From assembly GCF_009914755.1 (NCBI RefSeq), contig NC_060926.1: a stretch of 64,000 nucleotides of DNA. One strand, given 5' to 3'. This DNA is from the human T2T-CHM13v2.0 reference genome, Homo sapiens. Below, piece by piece: positions 25,105 to 38,570 of this stretch (its first letter is position 1; every line of letters starts with the position of its first letter). Position numbers and translations under genes: made by a program. Below the pieces are notes generated by a model. It had not been told where the DNA came from and did not search any database. It saw nothing but the letters and a program-made list of their open reading frames with translations.

Positions 25105-25280
25105 ATGCTTCATTCATTTTTTTATTCCAAATAATTTTGCTAAGCCCCATTACATAGCCAACTCACTGTTAGACACTTTGTTTTAAAGGTGAAAGAGTTA
25201 ATACATTTGCTTCCAAAGAACTTACTAGTAAAGTTACACACACACACACACACACTCACACACACACACATACACACACA
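25105..25280 (-). mobile_element. L2 3'-end fragment followed by a (CA)n microsatellite (~25237-25280)
   Basis: CATTCATTTTTTTATTCCAAATAATTTTGCTAAGCCCCATTAC...CACTGTTAGACACT, then ACACACAC... Confidence 0.5.
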
Positions 25281-25449
25281 GAGAATGAGAGAGAGAATTA
25301 CGTATTCTATAGGAAATAAAGGTAATATAGAAAATCTAAACTACCATTCAACTGTAAATTTTTTAAAAAGGAGGTATTTTACTTATACAATTTTGAGTGA
25401 TAAAAAAGGAACATCTTCAAATAATGAGTCTAAAAGAATAATGCAGGTT

Positions 25450-25760
25450 GTCCGGGTGTGGTGGCTCACGCCTGGAATCCCAGCACTTTGGGAGGCTGAG
25501 GCGGGCGGATCACGAGGTCAGGGGATCGAGACCATCCTGGCTAATACAGTGAAACCCCATCTCTACTAAAAATAGAAAAAATTAGGCAGGCGTGGTGGCG
25601 GGCACCTGTAGTCCCAGCTACTCAGGAGGCTGAGGCAGGAGAATGCATGAAACCGGGAGGCAGAGCTTGCAGTGAGCCGAGATCACACCACTGCACTCCA
25701 GTCTGGGCGACAGAGCAAGACTCCGTCTGTCTCAAAAAAAAAAAAAAAAAAAAAGAGAGA
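25450..25760 (+). mobile_element. AluY element
   Basis: GGATCACGAGGTCAGGGGATCGAGACCATCCTGGCTAA and GGCAGAGCTTGCAGTGAGCCGAG diagnostics, a long A tail and TSD AAGAA(T)AATGCAG. Confidence 0.92.
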
Positions 25761-26089
25761 AAAGAAAAATGCAGATAGCAGTGACTTATGTTCTAGATGT
25801 GAATTTTATGTTTTCTTTATGACATGTTTTTGTATTGTTTGTTTTTTGAAATATGACAGGGGAAACTGAAAACATTCCTCTTTTCTTTTCTATGGAAATG
25901 GATTATGAAGAGAAGTCTAGAAGATCTCCTTTCAAACCTGTTACTAACTTCCAGTTTCAGTCTTGACCTGTAAAAAGTGTAGAAATTGGAATTTCCATAG
26001 TTACAAGGAAAAGCTACACAAAGAGAAAATGAATGGCTTTTCCAGGGCCCATTAGAAAACTGAGGAGAAACACACACACACAAACACTC

Positions 26090-26295
26090 ACGCACAATCA
26101 TCTTCAACCAGCTGCAGCCCAAAGACAAAGGAAGACGTCTTGAAAGAATCCAGAGGGCATAAAACACTTCTTGTTTGTAGAGAAGCCAGCATTGGAATTA
26201 CAGCCGACTTCTCATGATAAACCATGCAAGCAAAGAGGGGGTGGAGGAAAAACGTTTTAAATATTGAAAGAAAAATAAACAATGTAGAAATCTGT
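26090..26295 (+). mobile_element. Old L1M ORF1 fragment
   Basis: CAAAGACAAAG...TCTTGAAAGAATCCAGAG...GAATTACAGCCGACTTCTCATGATAAACCATGCAAGCAAAGAGGGGGTGGAG. Confidence 0.65.
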
Positions 26296-26299
26296 ATTG

Positions 26300-26480
26300 T
26301 GACAACTCTGAGGTTAGAGATTGTCATTATCATTATCGACATTTTACAGATGAAGAAATTGAGGCACCAGTGAGAATAAGTCAGTTTTCCAAAGTCACAT
26401 TAGTAGTAAGTATCAGGGCTGCTGTATGAACCCACACAGCATGACTACAGAATCTATGTTGTTATCCATTACTCTGTACT
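26300..26480 (-). mobile_element. MIR SINE
   Basis: CATTTTACAGATGAAGAAATTGAGGCAC...TTTCCAAAGTCACATTAGTAGTAAGT...TGAACCCA. Confidence 0.8.
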
Positions 26481-27529
26481 GAATTTGTCCATTTACTTTT
26501 ATCATAACATTTATGTGTTTTATAACATCTGTGTGTTTCCATGGCAACCTTGATGACTAGATTATGAGTTTTGATTGTCTTTGTTAATAAATGAAAGAAT
26601 GAGTGAACAGGAGTAACTAAACTTTGGCATAATGACATATATCTGTCTTCAGTTCTTTCAGATTTTAAATTACTACATGGACTGTGGCAGAGTAATTCGA
26701 GTAAATCTAAAGTCTAAACAGTTTGGATTTTTGTATAAACTAGCTCATATTTACTTTAACAAACTACTAAAAAATTTTCAATCAAATGATTTAAGATTTT
26801 GCTGAGCATTCATTCTGTGTCTGTACTGAGCACAGAGGGAAACCTTTGGTGATGACTTTGTTGTGGCTGCAGCACTGGGGTTGTGGAGATAAGCCACACT
26901 ACTGGGAGTCTATGAGGTAACAGGACATGACAAGCAAAATTTTGTTCTAAGTTGTGAGTCCCTAACTGTGAGAGGAGAAAGGAGACCTACACATGATGGA
27001 ATTAGTATGAGAAAAATTCTTCCACAGGATTCTTTATTATTTTTTAAATTTCTCACCATATTCATTGAGGGGTAGACTTCTACCTTGATAAAATTCATCA
27101 GCTATGCTTTTCTTTTTAGAAGAACATATTATGCTATTGCTATTTAATTTAGAAAGTCAGTGGAATTGCTTTGTGATTTTATCGTTAATGCCTATCAAGG
27201 GTCATACATTTGCCAGGCATTTTGGAAGTACTGAGCAAAAAGAGATAAGCAAAGAGACATTCCCTGGATTCAGAGTGCTGGTGGTCAGCCTACAGATATA
27301 CAAACAAATCCTTAAAGTGTTCAAACTATTAAACATACTGTACTACAGATGTATAGGCAGTATGGACTGACAAGCAAATTTACCATGAAGATTAAGCTTG
27401 AGGATCTCTCACTCGTATGTGTCACTTCCAAAGTTTAGTATGTTGCCTCCAAGAACATGGAAAGAAGCACTACCTTGGCCACTCTCTGACAGCCTGAGGA
27501 CTGCCCCAACCTGGTGATTACATCTAAGC

Positions 27530-27740
27530 CAGTGGTTTGCAAGTAGGGGACAATTTTTATTCTCAGCTAATGTTTGCCAATGTCTGGAGACATTTTTTAT
27601 TATAATAACTCATGGGGCAGGAGTGCCATTGGCATCTAATGGTAGTGGTCAGGACTCTCTGCCATACATTGTGCAATGCACAAGACAGCCCCCTATGACA
27701 ATTGATTCTTGAGTTTAAAATGTCAATAATACTGTGGTCC
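27530..27740 (+). mobile_element. MER20 (hAT-Charlie DNA transposon)
   Basis: CAGTGGTTTGCAAGTAGGGGACAATTTT...GCCAATGTCTGGAGACATTTTT...TTGGCATCTAATGGTAG...CACAAGACAGCCCCC...AAAATGTCAATA. Confidence 0.8.
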
Positions 27741-27792
27741 AGGGACAATAAGAATGTGAGCAAACTCTGCTCAGCTCTCTAGAGAAGGAGGG

Positions 27793-28182
27793 TGATACGG
27801 TTTGACTCTGTGTCCCCACCCAAATCTCATCTTGAATTGTAATCCTCATGTGTCATGGGAGGGACCTGTAATCCCCATGTGTCGAGGGAGGGAGGTGATT
27901 GGATCATGGGGGAAGTTTTTTCTCTGCTGTTCTCATGATAGTGAGTGAGTTCTCACAAGATGTGATGATTTTCTAAGCACCTGGCATTTCCGCTGCTTGC
28001 ACTCCTTTCTCCTTCCACCTTGGGAAGAAAGTGCTTGCTTCCCCTTTCACTTTCCACCATGATTGTAAGTTTCTTGGGGCCTCCCCAGCCGTGTGGAACT
28101 GTGAGTCAATTGAACCTCTTTCCTTTATAAATTACCCAGTCTCAGGTATTTCTTTATAGCAGTGTGAAAATGGACTAATACA
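27793..28182 (+). mobile_element. Solo MaLR LTR (THE1D/MSTA-like)
   Basis: TGATACGGTTTGACTCTGTGTCCCCACCCAAATC...TGGACTAATACA, with TSD GAGGG/GAGGA. Confidence 0.9.
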
Positions 28183-29569
28183 GAGGAAAAGGAAGAGTGA
28201 TTTAACAAATGAGACTAGAGAGGACCTGGCCAAACTACTTGACGTGGCTGGCTCCTTCCCACCTCAAGAGAGCCTGGGTCTAAATTTATTTTCTAACCAA
28301 CTGATATGTAAACCAGTCTCTCTGATCTCACATATTCCTATGTGCTTATCCTCCATTTAATTCCACTAATTTTTACCATCCCTTCATTTCTTGTTTTCAC
28401 TCTGATGTTTCAAATTCTATAAAATACATTCGAGGAATTCATTTATTCTTTATTAATTATTTTTATTAGGTAATTAATTTTCAGATATTTCTTCTAATTA
28501 CCATCTGAAACATTAGTCACTTTTGCATATTTATTCAATTTAATAATCTATTTCTTTGACTTTAATTTTTTTAAAATGGAAATTCCTTTTTTGCTTTGGG
28601 TTAATGTCAAAGTATCAACAAACATTTTAACTTTAAAAGCAGATGGAACTTATCTATTGTTAAATAATCACCACTGCTTGAGCTGTATTAGCAAACCCTT
28701 ATTTCAATTTTTATATTCACTTTCAAAATGTATTAGGCATTTGGATTTTCAAAGAACTGAGCAGGCAGATATTCAAGATTTTATGAAGATTTATAACTGC
28801 ATTTCATTAAATATATGTTTGGAACTAGTGCTTTAATAAGAAATACTGGGCTTTTTAATTTTTGAAACATAGCAATACGATGACCAAAAATAAAGTAGTA
28901 AGAAGAAATGAATGTAAATTCTATAATTTATGAAAAATGTATTTGAAAACATGGAGTGATAGAAGTAAATTTCTTTCTTCTTTAAGTTCCAAGAAATTAT
29001 CATGTTTGTTAGAATCAAGTTAATAGATTTAGCTTTATAGAACAAGTTGTATAACTTCTAACAAGGGGAAGGACATAGCATACGAAGAAAATAAAAAGGA
29101 AGAAAAGAAAAAGCGATGAAAAAGAGAAATGAGACAAATGAAGAGGGATGAGGTGCCGGAGGAGGTGCAGGAGCACGGAGGCATCCCTGCAAACCACCCA
29201 GGGCTACTAGTTCCAAAATTAGCAAAAGTAAGCCTAGCATATTATTTGAGGAAAATTAAATATTGAATAACAGGTCACATTGCTCTTCTTTCTGAATTTA
29301 TAAGGCCTTTGAACCAATAATCTAATACACATTAAGAATTAATGTCACATACTTTATTATCTAGGAACATTATACTTCATAACCCCCATTAAGATAACGG
29401 CACTGGGTCACTTGAGTACAGGTTGGGATGACAGATATGCTTTTGAATCCAAGCCTATTTTAGATTAGTGACACACGCCTGGCCTTCTGAGACATCATTT
29501 GGTCCTTTTCCTCTCTTTGCTTTCTAGTATTTGTACATTTAATGAGAAATTTCAGTATGGATAAATGAG

Positions 29570-29578
29570 ATGTGTGTA

Positions 29579-29610
<32 letters not shown>
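29570..29610. repeat. (TG)n microsatellite
   Basis: About 14 uninterrupted TG units. Confidence 0.95.
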
Positions 29611-29613
<3 letters not shown>

Positions 29614-32109
29614 AAATTCTTATTGCAAATATTTATGTTGTCATGAAGTCTGGAAATCTATACACCCACAAGCATAAAAAATTACTTTGCAGTTACAAAA
29701 CTTGATGTAATTCTTATAAATGATTGCCAAAAAAGTTAATTTTATAGTAAATCTTATCTATTAAAAAGCTGTGAAGAAATGTAAGCATATTTTCTGTGAA
29801 TATAGAACACTATTTGAAAATAGCTTCATCAAATAATCGTGTAATAATAAACAAGCATACTAACAAACAAAACCAAAACTATTCTCACTTGTCTTCACCT
29901 TGTTAGATATTTAGAGTAAGCATTATCTCAGGGAAGCTTTTCCCAGATTCCTTTTGTTGTTGCTATGCTGTGGTTGTTTAAAATAAGTCTCACAGATTTT
30001 AATTTAATATTCATCACATGATTATTTAACTAGTGTTTATATGCCCTGACAGACAAGTCTTGGAGGAGACAACAAAGTGTACATCTGTTTTACATCCAGT
30101 GATTAACATATGATAGGAGTACCGTATACATGGGAATTGAATAAGTCCAGGACAGCCTCTGAGAAGGACAACTGTGTCAGGTCACATAACTTGCTTGCCT
30201 TGCCATGGTGACCCAAGTGTTAAATAATTTTTCTCTGATATAACTTCAAATGTCTCACTTTCTATGTTACTCCAAGATGCCACAACGTGGGACAGACAGC
30301 TTAATCAGCCATATCCTCAGTCTCTCTATAGTCATTAATGAGGAAGCATTGCTTATAAATATCAAGTGATGATGGTTTATACCCAAACCTGTCTTGATTC
30401 AAAGTGATAAAGTGAGAAGGCTGGCTGTGAGGTAGCATATTCACCAGCTATTACATGTTTTTTCCAAATGTATCTCCCCAGTGTTCAGCAGGGTTTGTCT
30501 TACTAAACGTTAGAAGATCGTGCTAATTAATAAACAAGTGAAGACATCGAAGGGATGAACTGAACATTAAATAGTCCTACTGCAGGCTTTAAATAAAATC
30601 TTCTCATACCATGAGGGGAAAAGAATAACATGGACTGCCTTTTAATAACACACATCTATTAATACATATTCTTTGTATGAAATTATTTTTACCTAAACAT
30701 ATGAGAAAAGCCATTTGAAATTCAATTTTTAAAAAAAGCTACAAAAAATTGTTATGCCCAGTTCGGCAGAACAAGAACGTTTTATGTTTTATTTTATTTC
30801 ATCTTGTTTTAAGCTCAGTGGATTAGAATTTGTTAGCTCATTGGATTGTAAAATATACCTCTGTAGAAAACTATTATTGAAGTGCTTTGTCATTGGAGCA
30901 TAGAAGCTGACATCCTGTAGGATTATTCTGCTAGTGATTTCATATGCAGGGCTCATTGGAGCCATGTCTATTTGTTCTGCTGACAAGCCAAAGACCCTAA
31001 AGTTTTAAAAGTATTGAGTTAGGTTTAACAACATCTCTGCATTTTCTAAAAAGAAATAAAATATTTAGAGAAGGCCCAGTTTTAGGAAACCACAAAAAAC
31101 TGTCACTGAAAACCACTGTGTTTTTACATTATGAGGTGCCAAGCAGATGTGATAAACTGTTTATCTAAGGGCCTATCCGCAGAAGTCTTGTGGATTAGAT
31201 AAAACCTATGAAACCTACCGTGTTCACTGTGCGAGAGTGAGAAGTCATTTTGCTTCCTTGGAGAAATCTATATGGGAGCACAGACTTTTGCATACTTGAT
31301 TGTCATGTGTGTCACCTAGGGATGAAAAAGATAGGACGGACCCAGGGCAGCTTTTGGATGAGACAGAGAGCCTGGCAAGAAGCAAGGAGGTGATTACAGG
31401 GGTTTGAGCAAGAAACCACAGAGGAGCAAGTAGAATGATGAAAAGTCATGGAATTGGCCCCGCAGGAGAGAGAGAGAGAAGAAAGATGTTCATTATCTAT
31501 GGAAAGGGAGAAGGTTGAATGGAGACCTAATCTTCAAGGAAAAGAAATATTGCTTATGGAACAATGAGCAGTGGCCTTTTCTGTTAACTGAGAGAATGAG
31601 TTAGAATTTTAGCTAGAAAAATTTAGGGTAAGCCTAGAAAAGAAATTTGTGCTGCAGTTTGGGAAACAAACAATCCATGTTACCAAGTAAAACTGCAGAT
31701 ATTCCTCTTGTAGAGATTTCTATATTACTCTGAAATCTGTAGGTTGATCGACTTCATCCAAAACTATAAATTTGTTTTTTTACGTTTGTTCCCAGCTTTT
31801 AACTCTGCATCATAGATTTCAAGGAGAAAGGCCTTACATGTGAGGCAAGCCTGGAGGCCACAATTTCCAACATTTTTAAATAATTACCTAAATTGCAATT
31901 GCATGGAGTCAGAAAAAACAAATAATGAACCGTGACACTGGAATCACTCCATAGATAATATTCAGAGTTCTAAGAATAAAATAGACGCATGTGTGTGTGT
32001 GTGTAATATTTAAGTACCAATCCCAAATTAACTTAATTAAATTGAATATCTGCCTATGGAGAGTTCAAGTTCCTTTCTATGCTTGAAATTTTGGTACATT
32101 AATTCTCCA

Positions 32110-32780
32110 TGAAAGACGTCACAATCCAGGAGAGAAAACAGGTACCTATGCAATAACCATAACACAATATGATAAGTTAGGTATATGGGAAAGTTCTGAG
32201 GACAGACAGAAGAGGGAGTTCTTTCTTATTGTACTAGGGATAGAATATGATCCTTCTGGGGAGAAAATAAGAACAGAGGTGACAATCAGTTAAATAATGG
32301 AATATAATCAGCCTTTTACCAATTGGAAAAGAATGGAGTGGTTGGTTCAAGCCCAGTAGATACTATTTGGGAAAGAGTAGAGGCCTAAGATTTTGTAGTG
32401 ATACTTGGACAACAGTGAGACATTAGCTGTATAAGCTGATCAGCTGTAGCACAATTGTTGGGGGTGGCAGGGGAGAGAGAGAGAGACAGACACAGAGAGC
32501 AGAAATGTAAGTAAGTTGGGCATTGTTAGGAATATAGAATGATGTGATAAAACTATCAGATTTTTTTCTGTAGGTCAGAAAAAATCTCTAAAATGATTGA
32601 GCATGAAAATGACAGGCTCAGAAATAATTTTATAAAGATAACTGAAAAGGAGTGGCAGAAAATAAGAAATGGTCAGGAAGGACACAATCAAAGTTATTAC
32701 GACTGTCAAAAAGGTGATGAGGGTGACTAGAATCAGAATGTTCAGCAGTAAGAGTGGCAGTGAGGCAAATATTAGAGAGC
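32110..32780 (-). mobile_element. L2 fragment, highly degenerate
   Basis: Purine-rich antisense L2 text, e.g. CACAATCCAGGAGAGAAAACAG...AGTTCTGAGGACAGACAGAAGAGGGAG...TAAAATGATTGAGCATGAAAATGACAGGCTCAGA. Confidence 0.55.
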
Positions 32781-32804
32781 CAAGTAAGCATTTGTTCATG
32801 CTAG

Positions 32805-32996
<192 letters not shown>

Positions 32997-33058
32997 TAAT
33001 TTACATTAAATCATTTCTAATGTCTCTATGTGTATACCACACTCAGTGTAATATTGGG

Positions 33059-33143
33059 TATTACATTAAACCTAGGTGAATTTTTTCTTTTTGTAGGTCA
33101 GATATAATTAAATATCAGAAATTTGATACATTTCACCTTAATA
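33059..33143. mobile_element. Degenerate ~80-bp mariner-type MITE (MADE2-like)
   Basis: TATTACATTAAACC...TTTTTGTAGGTCA...AATATCAGAAATTTGATACATTTCACCTTAATA resembles the recalled palindromic consensus. Confidence 0.45.
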
Positions 33144-33653
33144 TAATTAGATGTTAGGTTGCCCATTAAATCATGGGACTGGGGTGAAAGAAGTGAGAGA
33201 TCATTAAAAAAAGCATTAAATGTTAAGGTTCTGTTTTGAAAATTCCAAAGCCAGTGTTACTTGAAAAGAGGTTGGGAGGTGGTATGCATAGTATGTGTAT
33301 CAGGGGATCCATGCCAATGTGTAGGAAACATCTCATTACCCTCAAGTCAAAATAAATTAAATTCCTTCGGAATGCTCTTCATGGGACATGCAAGCCATTA
33401 TTTAACATACAGCATGAACCTGGCCCAAAGATGCAAAACAGGAGAAAGTCACTAGTGTAGTTCTTCAGCAGCATTCTTGCCAGAATCTGTTGGAATCCAG
33501 CATTTCCAATTTCTTTTTATTCATATGTTTTTGGCTAAAATAACACCAACTATTAATTAATGATTCCAGATTTTGTTTTTTCTTGAAAAATGTGAGTGGG
33601 TCTTGTCATTTCTTGATACACTATTTTTCTATCTGTTGACCCAACTGTCTGTC

Positions 33654-34000
33654 TGCTGTGGACTGAGTTGTAGCTCCCCCCAACTTAAATCTTCAAGCCC
33701 TAACCTGCAATGTGACAGTGTTTGGAAACAGATATTTTAGGAGGCAGTTAAGGTTGAATATAGTCATAACGGTGGGGTCTTAATCTGGTGAGACTGGTGA
33801 CCTTATATCTCTCTCCCTGCTTCCTGAGACCAAGGAAAGACCAAGTGAGAATACAAGGAGAAGAGGGCCACCTGTGAGACAAGGAGAAAGAACTTAGAAT
33901 AAACCGATCCTGTCAATGGCTCCAGCCTCTAGAACTATGAGAACATACATTTCTGTTGTTTAAGCATCCTGCTCTGTGGTATTTTGTTAAGGCTTCACTA
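33654..34000 (+). mobile_element. MLT1-type MaLR solo LTR
   Basis: TGCTGTGGACTGAGTTG...AAGCCCTAACCTGCAATGTGACAGTGTTTGGA...CCAGCCTCTAGAACTATGAGAACATACATTTCTGTTGTTTAAGC. Confidence 0.8.
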
Positions 34001-34176
34001 TCTGTCTAGCTATCTATTTTCTATCATCAATCTACCTCTATTGTGTCACATAGGGTAAAAACAAGCAAAACCGAACATATCATGCTTTACCTCCTGCTTC
34101 TCTGGTGAAGTGAGTGCCCTGGCGTGATAGGCTCACCCTGCCTCTGATCCTGTACATGTTCTCCTCTCAGCCTTAA

Positions 34177-34304
34177 CCCAATTATGCCTGAGGTTGCAGT
34201 TTTTTGAATTCTTGCAATCAGAGCTTTGTGATGACCTTGAGCAGTAGGATATAAATAATTCCTACATGCTTAGCATTCCAATAATGGAACACTAGACATA
34301 TGGG
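34177..34304 (-). mobile_element. MER85 (piggyBac/PGBD3-derived MITE), full length
   Basis: TTAA flanks at 34173-34176 and 34305-34308, CCC...GGG termini and an internal palindrome (minus strand GTTCCATTATTGGAAT) at 34275-34290. Confidence 0.92.
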
Positions 34305-34384
34305 TTAAGAAGAGTATAAGACGTAAGAAACTAATAAGTAAGATCATGAAGTTAAAATAACAAAAGCAAAACAAAACCCCAAAT

Positions 34385-34540
34385 CTTTTGATCCAGCTAC
34401 CTATGACTTACAAATTGTAAAACCTTAAACCTAGTTAATCATTCTGAACCTCACTATCCTTCTCTAAGTAATGGAGATAGTCACTACTTGAACATGCACA
34501 CATGTGTGAGAATTACAGGAGACAACATATGCAATGCTCT
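34385..34540 (+). mobile_element. MIR fragment
   Basis: CCTTAAACCTAGTTAATCATTCTGAACCTCACTATCCTTCTCTAAGTAATGGAGATAG...TGTGAGAATTACAGGAGACAAC. Confidence 0.5.
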
Positions 34541-36665
34541 CTCTTGTCTCAGCTCTCCACTTTCCCTACAAACTATTCATTCAAACTTCAATCCCCAGTC
34601 TATCTACTCCAGGGTGCCTTTTCAGGTGACTAAAATATGTTTATTTTCTGGCTCTCCAGATTGACTTCATAGATCATATTTCATTTGAACTTCATGTTTA
34701 GTCTGAACTCAACACTTTTTAGCATTTCAGGGAGCAAATACTATGACTAACAATTAATGGAACTAATTATATATACATAATAATATATAATACATAACAT
34801 AGAATATAGACTACAGAATACTATATATATTATATAAATGTAACACATATAATAATATATGTATCTACCCACACATACACACACACACTCATATGTTCAA
34901 AATACCCAAAAGATTTTGTGTTTAGTGGTTAACCAAACAGAAAAGCCTCTGGCAGTATAAATTCAAACCAAGAAATTTCACAAGAAATTAAATAAAATAA
35001 ATAAAAACTTTTCTGATGTAGTAGTGGTTTTGAAATTAAGGGCAAAATATGATAAACTGCAAATCATACTGAAAGAAAGAACTTACAATTCTTGCCATAC
35101 CCAGTTGACTACACTGGTACTTCTGCTGACAATAATCAAAATGCTGTTATAAAACAAACAAACGTCTTTAATACATCCCTGACACAGCAGTAAAAATTAC
35201 TCTGGATAGAAAACTAGCAATACCTGTCTTATCACCTTGATAAGAGAACATCTGTTCAGAAAATTTGGCCCTGAGCAGAGATTAAAAGAAAAAATGCATT
35301 TCTTTTTCCTGAAATTTTGTGACCATGCACTAGTCCTGAGGTAGATAGATATCTCTAGCAAACTACCTGGATGACCCAAAATGATGCAGGTAACAAACAC
35401 AGTTTAAAATCCTAACTCATAGATCTATAGTGATTGCAGGAACCTGAAAGAAACAAAGAAAAAATTTTTTTCAGGAAAAATTTCCATCAGAAGTTAAATA
35501 TTTCAAATAATGCCTGTAGATAAAATAGAAGGCTAATTTTCACATTAACATAATAAATATACAAGATAATGCTTTCATTAGTAAAAACAAAAAAGTTATA
35601 CCTAGAATAATCCTCAAACTCATTAAATAATGGATACAAATAAAAAACAATTTTGTTTATGTTCATTGGTTTCAATAAATAAGGCAAAGACAAAAATGTG
35701 GGCAAGGCAGTTTTCAAACTATTTCTAGTAGAAATCTAAGAAATAAGAATATGTCAGTTGAGATCCAAATGTCATATCACTTTAATTTTGGACTAGATGT
35801 AGGTCAAGAGAGAATACATGATCTAGAAAAAAGCATAGGGGTTCATACTGGGTGCTCTAATACAAACAATACCTATTGAACTATTTCCTTAACCTTTTCA
35901 AGGCTTGATTTATGTATCTTTGAAATGGGTATACTAATCAATTCATAATTCTGTGACAATTAAGTGATACTATATATTTTAAAATATCTAAGATAGCAAC
36001 TTGTAAGTTGGAGGCACTTGTTACATAGACAACAACTTAAAAAATTAAAAACATATATTTGTATCATGTCACCATCTTTGTTTTCTTGCCTTTGATGCAC
36101 CAGAGAAATTGTAAAGACTTCTATTTTTCTTGTGAGATTTGCCCAACAGTTTATGTTTTAAGATTTGATGGAAACAATTGGTTGAAAGACTTGCTTAGAT
36201 TTATCAAGTTTGGTCACCTGTTTATCTATTAACTAGTAATCAACACAGTTTAGTCTATAGCCATAGGACATTTTTGGAACTTTTTTTGTGAATTAGTCAT
36301 AATTACTCATAAGGATTTTAGATCTCCTGAAACTAATAACAAGCTAAGTGTTTTCCAGTTAGAAAGTGACCATAATTCTATGAAACACCAGCAGGTAAGC
36401 CCAAGGTATCCTAAGAGGTGGAGGAAGTGTTTTTCAAGGGATGGCAAGGGCCATGAATATAGGATACCATGATTTATCATTACTAAAGCTCTTGGTACTG
36501 TTGAAAAGATAACTCCACTTTCCAGCCATAGCCAAAAAAAAAAAAGAAAGGGCACTGCAAACTGCAGGTAGAGTGCAGAAATGATTCACTCAAATACTGG
36601 GCCTCTTGTTGGAACTGTGAAAGAAGGCAAGAAGAGGAGGCAAATAAGTGAAGAAGACTGATTGT

Positions 36666-38328
36666 TGTGATAACTAATCTTATGTGTCAACTTGGCTAGT
36701 CTACAGGACCCAGATATCTGGTCAAATACCAGTCCAAATGATGCTGTTAAAATGAGATTATCATTTAAATAGTGACTCTTCCTAAGGTGGTAAGCCTCAT
36801 CTAGTCAGTTGAAGGACGTAAGGGAAAAGGACAGAGATCCTTCAAGAGAGAATTCTGTCACAGTCTGCCTTGGGACTTGAACCTCAAGATCAACTCTTGC
36901 CTGCTTCTTTTTGCTTCTAGACCTATAACTAGACTCATGTCTCAGCCACCCACTAAAAGTGATGTACAAAGTGTAACCAATGAAGAAATGTGCTATACTC
37001 CAAAAGAACTACATGATATCTCGAATTTATATGGACAGAAATCTAGAGAGCATGTATGAGAATGAATATTAAGGATGTGGAATAATGATGGAATCAACAT
37101 AAATTTGGATAATGCCAACTTTATTGTTATGAATCCATGCTTACACTAATGTATGACTGTGTATGTTCTGAATCAGCATCCAGTATATGGTGCTGTTTCT
37201 TCCGTAGCCGGGATTCTTGTGTTCAGGATCAAAGAGGTGGAAATGGAAGAGTTACCACTTACCATTACCCCTAGTGATCCACTAGTAAAATTTTTGCTTC
37301 CTGATAGATTATGCTCTGCTGACCTTGAGGTCTTAGTTCCAAAGGGAGAAATGCTTCCAGCGGGAGACACACAATGATGTAATAGAACTGGAAGTGAAGA
37401 CTGCCTTCAGACCACTTGGGCTTCTCATGTCTCCAAATCAACAGGCAAAATAGGGAGTCACTGTGCTGGCTGGGGTGATTGATCCTGATTACCAAGGGAA
37501 AATTGAACTAGTAATCCACAACGGAAGTAAGAAAGGGTGTGTCTGAAATATAGCAGCTCCCTTAGGGCATCTCTTCATATTCCCATATCCTGTGATCAAG
37601 GTCAATGGAAAACTACAAGAACCCCCTTCAGGCAGGACTACTAATGGTCCAGATACTTCAGGAATGAAAGTTTGGTAAATAATCACAACCAGCTGAGGTG
37701 CTTGTTGAGGAAAGAGGGAAAATGAAATGTGTAGTGGTAGAGGGTAATTATGAATACTAGCTATGACCACATGAACATTTACAGAAAAGAAGACTAATTG
37801 CCATGAGTATTTCTTCCTTATTTTGTTATGTTTGTGTGTGAATATTTTATATATATGATATTATATATATATCACATATATAAAATATTTTCTTCATTCT
37901 TGTATCCCCTTATAATATGTATTGACTTTACATCATAGTTTTAAGTATTGCTAGCTTAATATTATAATATTTAAGTTACAAGATATTAAGGAGAAGAGTG
38001 AACATCACCCAAGCACTCTGTATCCTTTTCTGGAAAAAAAGGTTATGCATTTCAGGTTGTATGCAGGATGGTTGTATCATGTTAGGAGGAAATACGACAT
38101 TGTTATTTATTTCTATTTGGAGATTAAGTATGTAAAGTTTAAGGATATGTATACCAATGCCAAGTTGACAAAGGGTGGACTTGTGATAGTTAAATTTATA
38201 TGTCAACTTGGCAAAGCCATGATATCCAGATATTTGGTCAAATACCAGTCTAGATGTTGCCGTGAAGATATTTTTTAGATAAGACTAACATTTACATAGG
38301 CAGACTTTGAGTAAAGCAAGTTATCATT
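36666..38328 (+). mobile_element. Internally deleted ERVL provirus: partial MLT2 LTR 36666-~36900, gag piece ~36900-37140, integrase-end/dUTPase piece ~37155-37700, partial 3' MLT2 LTR 38182-38328
   Basis: Both LTRs start TGTGAT...TATGTCAACTTGGC. Translations give LFASRPITRL...CYTPKEL...NLYGQKS (gag), VYVLNQHPVYGAVS, LEVLVPKG and VLAGVIDPDYQGEI (dUTPase). The PPT CAAGTTGACAAAGGGTGGACT precedes the 3' LTR. Confidence 0.88.
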
Positions 38329-38570
38329 TGTCTTAGTCTGTTCAGGTTGCTATAAGAAAATACCATAAATGAAGTGGCTTATAAACCAGAGACATTTATT
38401 TCTCACAGTTCTGGAGACTGGGAAGTCCAAGATCAAGGAACGGTTTCCTGATTCATAGATGATACCTTCTTTCTGTGTCTTCACATGATGTAAGGAGCAA
38501 GAGTCTCTCTTGAGTCTGTTCTACAAGGGCAGTCATCTCATTCATGAGAACTCCATCCTCATGACCTTTC
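38329..38570 (-). mobile_element. MLT1A-like MaLR LTR fragment abutting the MLT2 LTR
   Basis: TGTCTTAGTCTGTTCAGGTTGCTATAAGAAAATACCATAAA...TTTATTTCTCACAGTTCTGGAGACTGGGAAGTCCAAGATCAAGG. Confidence 0.82.

Noticed and set aside
25189-25869. ORFs with HTHTHT and Alu-like peptides
   Set aside because: They are derived from a (CA)n microsatellite and AluY.
29058-29240. 60-aa ORF with a signal-peptide-like start and a proline-rich run
   Set aside because: It is the antisense of a GA-rich low-complexity tract, with no splice, promoter or homology support.
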